Source: Zygnema circumcarinatum SAG 698-1b (taxonomy: Eukaryota > Plantae > Zygnematophyceae). From it: DNA of 64,000 nucleotides. The stretch lies in the NCBI GenBank assembly GCA_037447605.1, contig CM074821.1, forward strand, positions 496,001 to 560,000, read 5' to 3'. Within the stretch, counting starts at the first letter, position 1. Each line of letters opens with the position of its first letter. The notes beneath the pieces are model-generated. The model saw nothing but the letters and a program-made list of their open reading frames with translations. It searched no databases and was not told the origin of the DNA. Shown one piece after another: positions 50,235-63,695 of the stretch. The translations under genes and the position numbers were made by a program.

Positions 50235-52610
50235 AAGGAAGGGAGTCAGAGAGTTGGTACAAGAAAGGGGAGAGAGAGGAAGAGGGGAGGGGAAAGACAT
50301 GATGGAAACTCTTGTCTCCTGAGTACTGCAGCAGTTACAATCCACGAGCCATTGCAAGCGCAACATCGAACTGCATGGTTTGAAGAAAGGAAAAATGGGT
50401 ACAGACTGAAAAGTAGACCTGAAGATCAAACCTAGAAAGCTAGCACAATACAGGAGCAAAACAAAACAAAACAAAAACACATACTATGCGCATATACACG
50501 TGCACACACATACATATACACACAAATACATATCTATATATCACTAAAAAAAAAAGCAAGGGAGTGCTGGCAACCTGATCGAGAAGCACGTGAGCGTCTC
50601 TAAGCGGGACAGCCCCTCTCGCCGGCCCCCCTCCCCCTCCCTCTCCCTCTCCCTCTCCCTCTCCCCCTCCCAGTCCCAGTCCGGGGCGGAGGGAGGCGGC
50701 GGCGGCGGCGAGCAGGAGCAGCGCGAAGAGGAGAGCGCCCGCGACCGCACTCGCAGCGTCCGCCACAGAGCGACGCCAAGCAGCCGCCAAGGACACGCTG
50801 CCGGGGGAGGGGGCGGCCTGGAGAGAGAGAGAGAGGGAGGGGGAGAGAGGGGGAGGGAGGGAGGGGGAGAGGTGGGGGNNNNNNNNNNGGGGAGGGAGGG
50901 AGGGGGAGAGGGGGGGGGGAAAGGGAGGGGAGAGAAGGGTTTTTTTTAGATGGCGTCATTGTGAGTAATCGGGCTGGTGGTTTGGCATCAATCATCTTGA
51001 GTGCGTGTCAGCTTAAAGGTAAGCTCAGAGTCAATGCGCATCGAGAGGGGGAAAGAGAGGAAAGGGGAGGGAGATAGAGAGAGAGGAGGAAAGAAAGAAA
51101 GAGAGGGAGCGGGAGAGGGAGAGGGAGAGGGAAACTAATTACCATCCTGCCCCATCAAAAGCAACGTTGCCTATTCCCAAGCCATCACCTGTAACAAACC
51201 TCAGCAGCTTCCTCCGCACACGCTCACAAACAGCCCTTACTTCACCCAAACCTATACAAAATCAAATCTTCACCCTAATCTGTCTCTCATTTCAACTCAA
51301 ACCCATACGAAATCCTTCTTTCCCCAGGGATTTTTCTGAAGCCGATTCAATACCTGCACAAGTGCCGACTGCAAGTAGAGAGAATGAGGGGCCAAACTGC
51401 TCCCAATGAGAGCGATGGCGGTTGGGAGACGGCTGCTATGGAAAACAGGCCGTAGTCCAGCAAGTAGCTCTGAGGGCTCCACTTTACATTGAAAAGCTTG
51501 GACTCCAAATTTCACCATTGTTGCAGCGACTATGAGGAAACAGAACTTTTGGGGCCCTCCAATCCCCTGCAGAAAAATTCTTTCCCCAATTCAGCCTCAT
51601 CAAGTTATTGGTTTTTCCTCAATGTTGGAGAGTTTTTTGGATTTTCTGATTCTGTATGTCGATTGCCAAGAGGTCTGCTACATATTCCGCGGTGTTGTAG
51701 AGCTTTGATGCAATTTTTTTCCCTTAGAATCTGAAGGAGAATTTGGAAGGAAAGGAATGCTTACGAAGTAGGGCAAAAGAAGTTGAAAAATGACGGAATC
51801 GAGGGCCGCCAATACCGCTCCAGCAATGACTGGAAGCGAAAAAATTAGGTTCAAACCGATAGCTGTGCCAAGAATCTGCAAAAAACATCCATGCACCGGT
51901 TAACATCCTTACCTTTTAAGCTTATGTTTAGGTTGAAATTTTATCCTAAATTATTTCAACTTGACAATATTAAGCATGAGGCGAATTTAACTTACCACTG
52001 TCAAGTCGTGGATAACGAGGGAGAGCTCCGCCAGTCCCCATAGAATATTGCGAAGCAGAGGAGAGTACTCCTCTCGAAGAACCTTCACAGTTAACATAGG
52101 AAAGTAACAGGTAAGGTAACGATGGGATCAGGATATTCTCAAACCTCTCGCCCACTCCACCCCCTCTCCCTCTCTCCCTCCCTCTCGAGAACAGGACGTT
52201 TATGCTGCAAAAGGGATGTGGTTCTGAATGACAGTGTGAAGTGTGAGAGTGAAAAAGGGCGAAGAAAAGGTTGGAGTGACAGAAATGTGACACAAGGACG
52301 TTCTCGCAGAATTCATCCAGACAGGGAGGGGGCGGGGGAGGGAGAGAGTGAGAGAAGAGAAAAATAGAGAAATATGTGGGCTTGGAAGTTGTAGGGAAAA
52401 AGCGTAAAGTTCATCTAAGGGGAGGTAGGTTTTTGCGTAAGTTGGACGAAAAAGTATCGAGGAGAAGACAGAGACTGCGGGAGGACGAGGAGAGGGAGGG
52501 TGCCCATATACATGACCATACCTCCCGTGTTCTATGCCATACCCATGCTCATGCACATTATGAGCCCAGGCCCATGCCAATACCATCCTCCTGACCATGC
52601 CCATGCCCAA

Positions 52611-52707
<97 letters not shown>

Positions 52708-52965
52708 CGCATGCCCATGCCCCCATACCTGCGCGAGGTGCTTCCCCGTGGCCAGGCCGAGGCGCGCCGCGAGCGCGTGCAGGAGCAGCGCGGCGGCGTG
52801 CGCGGCGACGAGCGCGGTCGCGGGTTCGAGCCCGAAGCGCGCCGCGCTATGCACCACGCTCGCCCACGTGGCGGGGCCCACCGCGGTCAGCGTCAGCGCG
52901 CACGCGGGGCCCAGGAAGGAGGCGGCCGCGGCGGGCAGGCCCAGAGGGACGCGTGGCTCGCCCAT
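44093..52965 (-). CDS. EIN2: ETHYLENE INSENSITIVE 2 (NRAMP-like membrane domain plus cytosolic CEND), ~2,180 aa
   Basis: Exons 52965-52729, ~52073-51987, ~51878-51768, ~51567-51349, ~50817-50575, 50176-44981 (5,196 nt), 44557-44093. Motifs: [126 protein letters not shown] (NLS). A 10-N gap lies in the last exon. Confidence 0.96.
52596..52722. repeat. (ATGCCC/GGGCAT)~21 hexamer repeat at the start of EIN2 coding intron 1
   Basis: Direct reading; it begins a few bases after the GTATGG donor at 52728. Confidence 0.95.
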
Positions 52966-53059
52966 GCTGCTCCACCATGGCGGGAATTAGGGTTGGGGAC
53001 GGCTGCGCTGCCGGGCAGCGGGAAACATGGCTCACGCCCTACCGCCCTCCCTGTGCTGT

Positions 53060-53450
<391 letters not shown>

Positions 53451-54693
53451 TTACTCCAGAAGCTGCTCCAGCCTCCGAACCCTACCCGGCCTAAAGCAGG
53501 CAGGAAGGCAGGCAGGCGCGCAGGAAGGGGGGCGGCCGAGAGGACGAGCATGAATTTGGCGCTTTCTACGGGCGACGTGCACGTCCGTATGCATCCAACG
53601 TCATTAATGACGTCATGGTTTTAGGATGTCGGGCGGCAAACTTTGTCGGTGAGGGCCGTTTGGAGATATTACGCCGGGATGGGGCGGCAGGCCACGGCGG
53701 CAAAAAGTGGGTTCCATGTGGCAGTTGGGGAGTGCGGGGTGCGTGGTGCGGGGTTATGATTGGATGAACTGTGACACTGCCACATGTGACTGGCCGTTGG
53801 CGAAATTGCCATGATGTCGCTCGTGCGATCCAGGCTGGGGCCAAATGGGGTTCATTGAACCAGACAAGCGGTCGCGATTCGGACCGAAATTCGATTTTAT
53901 TTTATTCGATTTTTGGGGAAAATGACCGTTGAAGGCGCCGCTTTTTGACGACGTCATCCGTATGATCATGATATCAGCAGTACGGACGCGTGACTGCGAG
54001 CTGGGAATATCTCCCTTCGGGGACTGCCACGTGGGCAGTTATGACGGAAGTGACGGTGCAGGGACTGTACGAACATGTACAACATTGTACGGTATTATAC
54101 GGCAGCGGCGCAGACATGACTGGTTCTATGTGGCGGAGTTAAACGTTAGTTAGTTAACGCTTGTTGAACGGGGCGACTAACGGGATTGAAATCAAGAAGT
54201 TCCGTGTGGCAGTTTTGGATGACGTGGAATTTCTCCCATTTGGGAGAAATTGCCAGTCTTATTTCTTTTGTGCCCTTTGAGGCGGCTATGGCCGCCGGCT
54301 GCAGGCCATGGGGCGGAGGAGAAAGTCACTTTTCGTCACGGTACTGTACGGGCAGTTTGAGAAGCTGTCGATCAAGGTTCCTTAACTCGAAAGAGAAATC
54401 CAGTATTTCTGGAAATTTTCAAAGTTATTTCACAAGCCCATCTCAATCATCACATTTTTTACGTCCCCTTCAAGTCCCGACATATGTGTGTGTGTAACCC
54501 AAAAAAAAGACTTTGTTAAGGTCGAGGCAAAAACAGTACCGTGCAAGTTTTGCAGCTCCATGATCGTATAGCTCCCTTCTCCAAGTGTCTCTCCCTCCCT
54601 CCCTCCGTCCCTCCCTCCCTCTCCCACCTTCCCTCTCTCTCTCCCCCCTCACTCTCTCGCTCCCTCTCTCTCTCTCTACACCTTCAAATGCCG

Positions 54694-57600
54694 CTACGTT
54701 AACAGTTGTTTACCACACGCCCCATCCGCATGTGTCCCGTTCACAATGATAAAACNNNNNNNNNNNNNNNNNNNNNNNNNNNNNNNNNNNNNNNNNNNNN
54801 NNNNNNNNNNNNNNNNNNNNNNNNNNNNNNNNNNNNNNNNNNNNNNNNNNNNNNNTTTAGCGTATAGGACCTGTAACTATCCCTATACGCAATTTGACTT
54901 TACCAAATGAACTTTACCTGCAGACCGGAGATACCTCCCCAAGCTTTGATAAAGTTGCCTTCCTTGAGCAGCTTCAGTTCTGGAGGAGATGGAGAATGAT
55001 CGGAAGCCAACATATCGATCAGGCCATCCTGTTTACATAGAAAATATTCCGTTGAGAAAATATTTCTCAACACAGTTCAACATAGAGCAACGCAACGCAT
55101 AAAATCATAGCATTGCTGCTAGAAAAGTTGCACTAAAGAAACATGTTTTGCAATGAAAGGAGGGAGATGCCGAGTGAGAGAGGGGATGTAGAGGAGACAA
55201 AGTGGGAGTGGGTGGTGGTGGAGAGAGAGGGAGAGGGAGAGGGAGAGGGAGAGGGAGAGGGAGAGGGAGAGGGAGAGGGCGAGGGAGAGGGAGAGGGCGA
55301 GGGAGAGGGAGAGGGCGAGGAAGGAGAGGGAGAGGGAGAGGGAGAGGGAGAGGGAGAGGGAGAGGGAGAGGGAGAGGGAGAAAGAGAGGGAGAAGGAGTG
55401 GGAGCGGGAGAGCGTGAGGGAGAGGGAGAGGGAGTGGGGGAGGGAGAGGGAGACGAAGATGGAATTCATTTCGTACCTTCACCGCCTGCCATAGAATCTC
55501 TCGATTGTTCTCTGAGCGAATCGGTGGTGCACACTTGTACTGAGTTTGCCCGTCTGAAATTTCCTCCGCAGAAAAAGTCAAATAGTGGGGACATGTCTCC
55601 ACAGAGAAAGCAGCCCCTGCAGCCTTTGCCTCCTGCATACCCTTATAAAGTTAATCAGCAGCAATGGCCACCTCCATTAAGTAGTTTAAATTAGTCAGTT
55701 AATGGTTAGTTACTTCAGGTTGGTGACAAAACTTCATTCTGAATGAAGAAAATACAAATCCCCAACATCTATTGAGTTATATGCTTATCGGCCTGATATT
55801 TACCTTCAAATATAGAAAGGGTTCCATGTTACTTATTCCCAAAACCTGCTCCGTTTAGTGATGGTTTATAGGTCTGAGTCCTCACCTTTATAAGAGGAAG
55901 ACATTCTGAAGCAGACAGATGCACTACATGTATTCTTGCTCCGTCATATGAACCTCCTGGAACGGTTCCATGCGCCAGTTCGACCAGCTGTTGAACAGCG
56001 ACATGTTCCCTGCAAAAAAATAAGAATCCGTGAATTGAAATTTCCACCTCCAGTTCCTCCAGCATAAGTTCCCCGTGTTTTCTTCTCCCTCTAAAGGAAA
56101 AAAGGGGAGGGGGAGGGGGAGGGAGAGGGGGAGTGGGGGAAAACATGAGGATAGAAAGAGGGAGGGTGGGTGGGAGGCGGGAGAAAGCCACACGTGCAAC
56201 GAATCCGATAGTGACACGTGGACCCACCAGTGTGGAGGTCTGGAGGCAAGATATGTCGAATAACTTCTGGGGTCCCCTTCTGAAATTTTTTCATCCACTG
56301 CACTGATTGGCTGAGGCATTTCAGCATGGACAAAAAGCAATTTTTTGTGACGTGCTAATAGGGGAAGAGCTTCCTGCCAGGATAGAAACCAACATGGAAG
56401 GAAAAAATAATCTTAAGAAAAAAAAATGAAAAGACTGATGGGGAAGAGAAAAAAAAAAGCCAAAAAGAAGCACAAGAAACTCCAGAGGAAATTCTTGCCA
56501 GAATAGAGCATCAAGTGCTTGGAACAGAGATTTGTCCTTTAGTGGAGGAGGCAGACAGTATCAAAACTGAGCAGGTTCCATGCGTTACTGGAAACTGAAA
56601 ACTGAAAACTGACCTTCATATGTGTAATATTTGTGTCGGAGAAGTCATTGATTCCTGAGGGGCACATGAATGACTGCAAATTCATATCTCCAAATCCAAA
56701 AAATGCAAATTTCAGTGACGAAGAGTGTAGAAATCCTTTTTCTTAAAGCACATTGCGACGTATACAATATATATATGTTTTTTTTTTTTTTTTGGTTTTT
56801 TGGCACTGTTAAGAGTCACGTAAAATGAGATTTTATTTATTTTACCTTCAAGCCTATCACGCCTGCTTCTAGAAGGCTCTCAAGTATGGCCGGTTCGCCA
56901 GCATTCTCCAGAACAAGGCCTCCCCAATAGGCTGAAAATGAACAAATGTGAAATGAAATAAGATTCGGAAACGGGAGAGATAGACGAGGGAGTCAGAAAG
57001 ACTGAGAAGGAGAGAGAGAAGGATAAGGAAACAAAGAGTGAGGGAGGGAGGGAGTGGAAGGGGAGAGAGGGAAGCAGAGAGAGAAAGAGAGAGAGAGAGA
57101 GAAATAAGTAGCTTTAATCCAAGGACGATGGGAAATGATATCTTACCAACATCAACCTTGAGCTTCTCTTTGGTAACTGCCAACTGCCATACAGCCCACG
57201 TTCTATGTCATAAAATTGTCCCAAAATGAATATCTTACTGCAGAGTTTTCCCACTTATGTATATGCATAGCCTCGCATTACTTTTGTTCCTTCTCCCATA
57301 CAATATGGCGGCTACCAACCCAAAAAATGCTGTTCTATGCATCCCTAGCATCCATACATGTTTTGAGTCACCATGTTCCATGGTCCATACTGCAAAACAA
57401 TGGAGGAACATCTGGAATCGATAACTCTGAACCGTAAACTTATTAATAAAGGAGAGAACATGAGTTTGAGCCTATGGACAATAGAACTCATAGAGCAGCG
57501 ACATTCACTGAGCCAAAACCAAATAACTTTGTGATGAATGCCACATATCTACCTTGGAAGTCAAAGCCTCTACAGTTGTGGTAGTAGGAACACTGTTGAG

Positions 57601-59148
57601 CGGCATTTCAGCAATCGTAGTCATCCCCCCTGACCAACTCAAACCCGTTCAAATGTCACTATTAGTCAGTCAGGAGTGGGCTTGAGACACCTCTCTCTAC
57701 CATCATCCTCCTCCTCTGCACTCTCCCCCTCTTTCTTTCTCTCTCTCCCTCCCTCCCTCCCTCCCTCCCCTCTCTTACCTCTTACTCACGTTTCCTGAAC
57801 TGATAGAAATGAGATTAGAACATTTGCAATGCTGACCTGCAGCTGCAGCCTTTGTTCCAGTCTCCGCTCCCTCCCACTCCTCCCTTCCAGGCTCGTTCAT
57901 GTGAACATGTCTGCAACTCAACACAACAGAATGCAGAAACTCGTAAGGACGCCTGAAAATTCGTTCACAAACTACATTACTACATTAGTTCTTACAGCTT
58001 TCTCTCAAAACAAAGACGAAGGTGAGGCAGTTTCTCACAAGTCAACAAGGCCCGGAGATATGACGTTCGACCCATAGTTAATAATAGGCACTTCAGAGGT
58101 GGACGGAATGTCCCCTTCCTTCACAGAAGTGATCTTTCCATTCTTGACCTCCACTGCATGAGAGAGATGGTAAGGGGTCATGGGGAGAAAGAAGGGGGAA
58201 GAGGGGGGGGGGGGAAGAGGGGGGAGAGGGAGACGGAGAGGGAGAGNNNNNNNNNNAGAGGGAGAGGGAGAGGGGGAGGGAGAGGCAGAGGGAGGGGGAG
58301 AGGAAGAGGGAGAGGGAGAGGCAGAGGGAGGGGGAGAGGGAGAGGGAGAGGGAGAGGGAAGATAAGCCAAAAGCACGAAAAAATGAACGTACCGGCTGCA
58401 GAAATCACTCCTTCTGGAGTCACTACACGTGTGCTGTACAGAATGAAGTCCGAATTTGCAAGCAAGCTGCAAGAGCCGCTCTGCTCCAAAATGCCCGCAA
58501 CAACACAAATTGCTAAATGCTTTGTTTCATTGTGCTTCGTGATTCAAGTCTCTCATGTTCGAAGACAAGCCCTCTTTGCTGAGTCTATCTTTCCACTCCT
58601 CAATTCAGCACTGTGGGTGGAAATCTACATCCACCTCTTCACTCGGAAAAATGCTTACGTGGAAAACCTAGCTTGGCCAATTCCCTGTTAAGGTATCGTC
58701 AATGGAAACCGTTCCTTGGAATGAATAGAAGAAACTTGCAAAGCACCGGAGCAGAAAACTCTTTTAATTTATTTGAAATGCTATATCTAATGCTTAGTCT
58801 CTTCTAATACCAAAGACTATGAAGGAAATGTGTCATAAAATAGAAGAATAGGGAGGCGAAGTAACTGCGAGAGAAATTATTTTATGAGAATTTATTTTCT
58901 GCACTGCCAACTGGCCAAAAAATAAGGACTTCTCACTTCACTTAGCACACAAAAATACCCAAAATCCAAAGCTCAAAGGATAAGAGCGAGAGAGAAGCTT
59001 TCAATGCAGAGAAGCAGAGCCAAGCCTCGTCCCATACCTCCCTTTCCAAACGCCATGGCTTCAGCAGCAGCGCTCCACCAACAGCGAGGACAAGAACCGC
59101 CATGGCTGCCCCAGCTGTGCTCGCTCGAAGGAAGGAGAGACCCGCCAT
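54694..59148 (-). CDS. ALN: Allantoinase (amidohydrolase superfamily) with N-terminal signal/anchor; interrupted by an assembly gap
   Basis: Exons: MAGLSF..(59148-59038), [22 protein letters not shown] (58480-58393), ISPGLVDL|[39 protein letters not shown]|[57 protein letters not shown]. After the gap: [19 protein letters not shown] (stop 54696-54694). Confidence 0.95.
54756..54855. other. 100-N scaffold gap inside the allantoinase gene
   Basis: Direct reading. Several 10-N gaps also occur, mostly inside purine/pyrimidine tracts. Confidence 0.99.
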
Positions 59149-59308
59149 GGCCGGTTCTCCACTGCAGCTTCTGCAACCCTAATTCTGCTCCCAAGGTTGA
59201 AGCTTTCAGCGCCGCAGTGCACAAGTATTCCCAGCAGCAGCAGGTGCTGCAGCTCTACAGGATGAAGCTTGAGAGAAGAGACTCCACTGCATGCACTCAG
59301 AAAAATAT

Positions 59309-60165
59309 GTGGCATTGATTTCAGGATGGCGATGATGCCATCAAATGTACATGGACAACACCAGCATGGGGAACCACATCCAATTACATTCATTGCCATC
59401 ATACAAAATATACCAATGTAGCAAACCCGCCTCCAGCAGGGTTCGATCTTAAGACCTTCCGGTACCCACAAACAGCTCAGCGTACCAAACAACTGTGTTA
59501 AAATCACACAACTCTGTGATGCTACACTCCCCTGGCGGCGCGGCCTACCGTTGCGCGCCACGTGGCAAATCCCGACGAAATCGCTTAAAGGACCTCGGAT
59601 ATCGGCGAATCGCGTGCTGACACGTGACGCCATACCTTAAAAAGTGGAAAAGTTCTTACGACGGGCAGATGTGCCGTGACAGTGTTAAAATCACAGAATA
59701 GGGGGAGTCAGACCTTGACCAGCGCCAAACCAATTCCGCGAGCCCGTCGGGCCAATTCCGCGTTGTACGGCAGGCCTTTTTCGCCAAAAGTGGACGTTCG
59801 ACAGGCTCGGGTGCCGAGCCTGTATCTCATTTTTGTAACCTATTTCGAAGTACGGACGGGACAGACAGGTTCGGGGGGAGCCGCGGTTTCCGAGCCGAAT
59901 TCTGCAATCGAAATCAATACCTTTCCGCCGGCGGAATCTTTCAATTCCGCGGGCGATGGTCAAGGTCTGACTCCCCCTAATATTGTGATATAGGCATATC
60001 TCACGATGGCGATGATGCCATCAAATATGCATGCACAAACTCGTGATGCTGAACAGCATACAATACACCTTCAAGCCTTCTTCGTCTTCTTCTTCTTTGT
60101 TTTGTTTTTAAAAGAGGAGAACATTCATTTAGTTGAACTCACGATGGCAAGGCCATCAAATGTAC
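59309..60165 (+). repeat. Three partial copies of the 5822-6011 foldback arm (59309-59377, 59997-60032, 60131-60165)
   Basis: Shared gtggcattgat..gatggc..atgccatcaaatgtacatgg..catggggaaccac and ttgaactca.gatggc.aggccatcaaatgta. Confidence 0.85.
59701..59977. mobile_element. 277-bp MITE with perfect 20-bp TIRs and TA flanks (Tc1/mariner-type target duplication)
   Basis: TIRs GGGGGAGTCAGACCTTGACC (59701-59720) and GGTCAAGGTCTGACTCCCCC (59958-59977), TA on both sides, internal repeated aattccgc motifs, no coding capacity. Confidence 0.85.
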
Positions 60166-60867
60166 CAAACGAAAGTCGTCACAAGCTTCAAATGCTGCTT
60201 ATCGAATCGAACCGAAGGCAATAATGTTGTACCGAACTGAAGGCGATTATTGAATTGAACCAAAGGCGATAATATACCGTATCGTATCGTATCGGATCGC
60301 GTTCTCCGTCTCCGCAAGGCCCTTTGGCCTGCTCTGAACGGCGCCAACCGTTGGTAGAGCGGCCGTTTGGTGCAAGGGAGGGAGGGAGGGGGAGCAGAAG
60401 CTTGTGCTTCTCCGGCAGTGCAACCAAAATTAGGGTTGCGCAATCTGCTCAAAGTCAGGCACCAGGTCAGTGATGATCTCTAGATCTTCCCTTGTTTTCT
60501 TCTGCGTACATCCTCACGATATCGGTTTCTCCCAGCTTTCTTTTCCTCTCCAAACTTGTCTGCTCTTCCCTCTCCCTCCACTCTCTTTCTCTCTCTCACT
60601 CTCTCTTTCTGTGTCTCTCGCTGTCGACCCTTTCTGCATCCTCTTCCCCTTGCTGATTACCGACTCTAACCCAACGAGCCATTGTTCACGGCTCGACATC
60701 AGCCATGTTTTTGCATGCCCTCTCTCCCCCTCATTCATTCATTCATTCATTCATTCTTTTATTCGTCCCCCTTTTCCTCATTCTCCTTCTTCGTCGCTTT
60801 TTTTTCGCCTTGGTTTTGTTTGCATTTAGGGTTGTTGTTAAAAAGCGCCTGAACAAATTCTTTGACT

Positions 60868-63485
60868 ATGGGGGACCCGTGGGACGGTCTGTCTGGCGGC
60901 CGTTCTCTTCACGACTGGCTCATCGATTCATCCTATGGTAGTCATTCCGCACTTTCATTCTGAATGTTATTTTTTCAAAGACTTAGATCAACTAAGTACA
61001 GACTAACTTAAAACATATAAATGCATTGCAATGAGTGTTACGGCTTTTATTGTTGTGATCCTCCATTCATTTTCATAAGTGAATTCAGTTTCCTTTCACT
61101 GCAGCAGCATGGACCGCGTTTCTTATGAAAAAGCCTGAGACTTGCTACGGAAAAAAAAGACATTTGGGTGGGGTGGGAGGTCAGTGAGGCCGAAAGATGA
61201 TGTACGGAATCATAACAAGAAGAAGAAAGGACGAACCGGAAAAGTAGTTCGCCGCCACGATCATGATTTGGCAGGTACTTTAGCCTCCGGTTGAAATAAA
61301 ATATTCTTTTGTTTCTATAAATGCAGAGTATATCACCTTACTGTTCTTTTTCGAGAAAATGCATACCCAAAGAGTTAGACACAAAGACTCGGCCCCATAT
61401 TCATGAACTAATTACTATTATCTTTAATTGGATCATCATGATGGAGCCTCGTAGGGTCATGATCTTAGCTAGAAGGACTTCACTTGCTATCTGAACTGAA
61501 GATGGATATTGACTGGTTTCTGCTTTTCATGCTTCTGATATGCAAGTGCTTATAATTCAGGACCTTGTCTTATTAGGGGGGAGGGGGTCATTATAAGCAG
61601 AAGAACCTAAAAAAAGGAATTGTTTTCAAATGAAGACCTGACTTATGAACTGTACGGATTGCGCTTTCAAATCGTGACGAGAAAGCCAAGAATGATCCCC
61701 CGTATTCTACTTTCTCTTGATAATGAAATTATTGCAGGTCCAACAGAAACACATGTTGCAGCCTCTTCTACAAATACAGTTGCAGACTTAGCCTCTGCAG
61801 GAGCTCCAGGAAAGGTCAGTTGCTAATGATTTTGCTCGAAAAGTAGTAATTACATAGAAAGTTTGACGTTATTCTGCCTTAAGATAAATCATGTTGTAGC
61901 AATGTTAATATCCTAAAACAAACTAGCATGTGCTCTGTTTATTGCACTCAAATAAAATTTAAGTGCATGGACTCCTCTCTGTATGTTCCAGACCACCTTT
62001 GGTACAGCAAACAAGTTTTATTTTTTCTAATTTTTTTGTCGCGGGAGATTTAATGAATTCAGAGGAAAGTTCGGCGGTGGATGAATGAGCGGCTGCTGAG
62101 AGACTTGGCGGGTCCACTGGACGCCATCTCCATCGCTTCTCTCTATGCCCCTCCGCCATGGGGTACCTCTCTTCTCCTTCTCCCTCTCTTCTCCCTCTCA
62201 CTCTCTCCTTTCTCTCCCTCTCTTCTCCCTCTCCCTCTCTTCTCCCTCTCCCTCTCCCTCTCTTCTCCCTCTCCCTCTCTTCTCCCTCTCCCTCTCTTCT
62301 TCCTCTCCCTCTCTTCTCCCTCTCCCTCTTCTCCCTCTCACTCTCCTTTCTCTCCCTCTCTTCTCTCCTTTCCCCCTCTCTTCTCCCTCTCCCTCTCTTC
62401 TCCCTCTCCCTCTCTTCTCCCTCTCCCTCTTCTCCCTCTCCCTCTCTTCTCCCTCTCCCTCTCTTCTCCCTCTCCCTCTCTTCTCCCTCTCCCTCTCTCC
62501 TTTCTCTCCCTCTCTTCTCCCTCTCCCTCTCTTCTCCCTCTCCACTCTTCTCCCTCGTCCTCTCTCCTCCCTCTCCCCCTCTTCTCCTTTCGCCTTTCTT
62601 CCTCACACTCCCTCTCTCGGTCCCTCCGTCTTTCCCTCGTTCCCAGTGTTCTTCTCTCTGTCCCATCTCTCATTTTTTCCATATGCTTCTCTCTTGCTCC
62701 CTTTCTACCTCTCTCGTGTTGTTCTCCCCCATGGATCGTTGTCCTTTCTCTTTCTCCCCACGCACACGCTCCCTTCCCACTCTCTCCCTCACACGCTCTC
62801 CTTCCTCCGCTGTGCTTCTCTTCCTGTCAGTCTTGCCTCAACCTGGTCCATAGGAATGAACTGTTAGTGGCAGGATATGTCTGAATTCACCAAAAGGTGT
62901 TATTTTCCTTCTTCCTTCTCGTTCTCCTTTTTTTCATGCATCTTTTTCACCTTGTCATGCTTTAATCCCTCCATTTAAGGTCTGCAGGAGAAAAGACGGA
63001 ACCGACAGTGCTTGAGAGGGTGACTTCCGTTGACTTTGACTATGGGTTAGTTCGAGATGTGTCGGCATGGGAACCGTTTCGGAACAGTGTGGACATGGAT
63101 AAGCAGGTGAGAACGACAGAAACTAGGACAGAGAAATTAGATGTTGTTACCAGAGCAGCTTCATTGCAGCTCCATTGCTTTTCCTGGGGGGGGGGTGGGG
63201 GCAGAGAGAGAGGGAGAGAGAGAGAGAGAGAGTGAGGGAGAGAGAGTGGTGAGGGAGAGAGAGAGGGAGAGAGAGCGAGAGAGAGAGAGAGGGAGAGAGA
63301 GGGTGAGGGAGAGAGGTGAGTGAGAGAGAGAGGTGAGGGAGAGCTCGAGGTGCGAGGGAGAGAGAGAGAAAGAGAGAGAGAGGGGGACAGAGAGAGAGGG
63401 AGAGAGAGCGAGAGAGAGAGAGAGAGAAAGATAGAGAGGAGAGAGAGGGGAGCGGGAGGGGGAGCGGGAGCGAGCGAGAGCGAGC

Positions 63486-63527
<42 letters not shown>

Positions 63528-63695
63528 ATTCACACTTGTTGTTGTTGTGTTGGCGAGCAGGAGAGGTTTCTCTCCCGCAGGCAGCGAGGCCCTCCCGCGG
63601 AGGGCGAGGCCTTGGCCGCGTGGCGGGCGGTGGAGCACAGCGCCAGACTGGCACTCAGAAGGACGGCGGACTGGCCCCTGCTGGGAGAGCTCGAG
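60868..63695 (+). CDS. R3H-associated N-terminal domain protein (AT1G03250-like by recollection); 3'-partial, continues beyond the window
   Basis: Exons 62063-62162 (RKVRRWMNERLLRDLAGPLDAISIASLYAPPPW), 62988-63106 (..AWEPFRNSVDMDKQ) and 63561-63695 (..ALAAWRAVEHSARLALRR) match the remembered pattern RRWxNDRLL..LFAPPPWG..FRxIDMDK..AWxRID..ALRR. The 5' exons (ATG 60868, ~61140-61274, 61738-61814) are less certain. Confidence 0.7.

Noticed and set aside
50320-50420. Possible extra EIN2 exon
   Set aside because: The flanking exons join in phase (LDQ|VLNSKLAP) and match the family without it.
54380-54600. Candidate missing allantoinase exons (AAKLAR-containing frame)
   Set aside because: It lies downstream of the identified stop codon (54694), and the spacing does not fit the family alignment.
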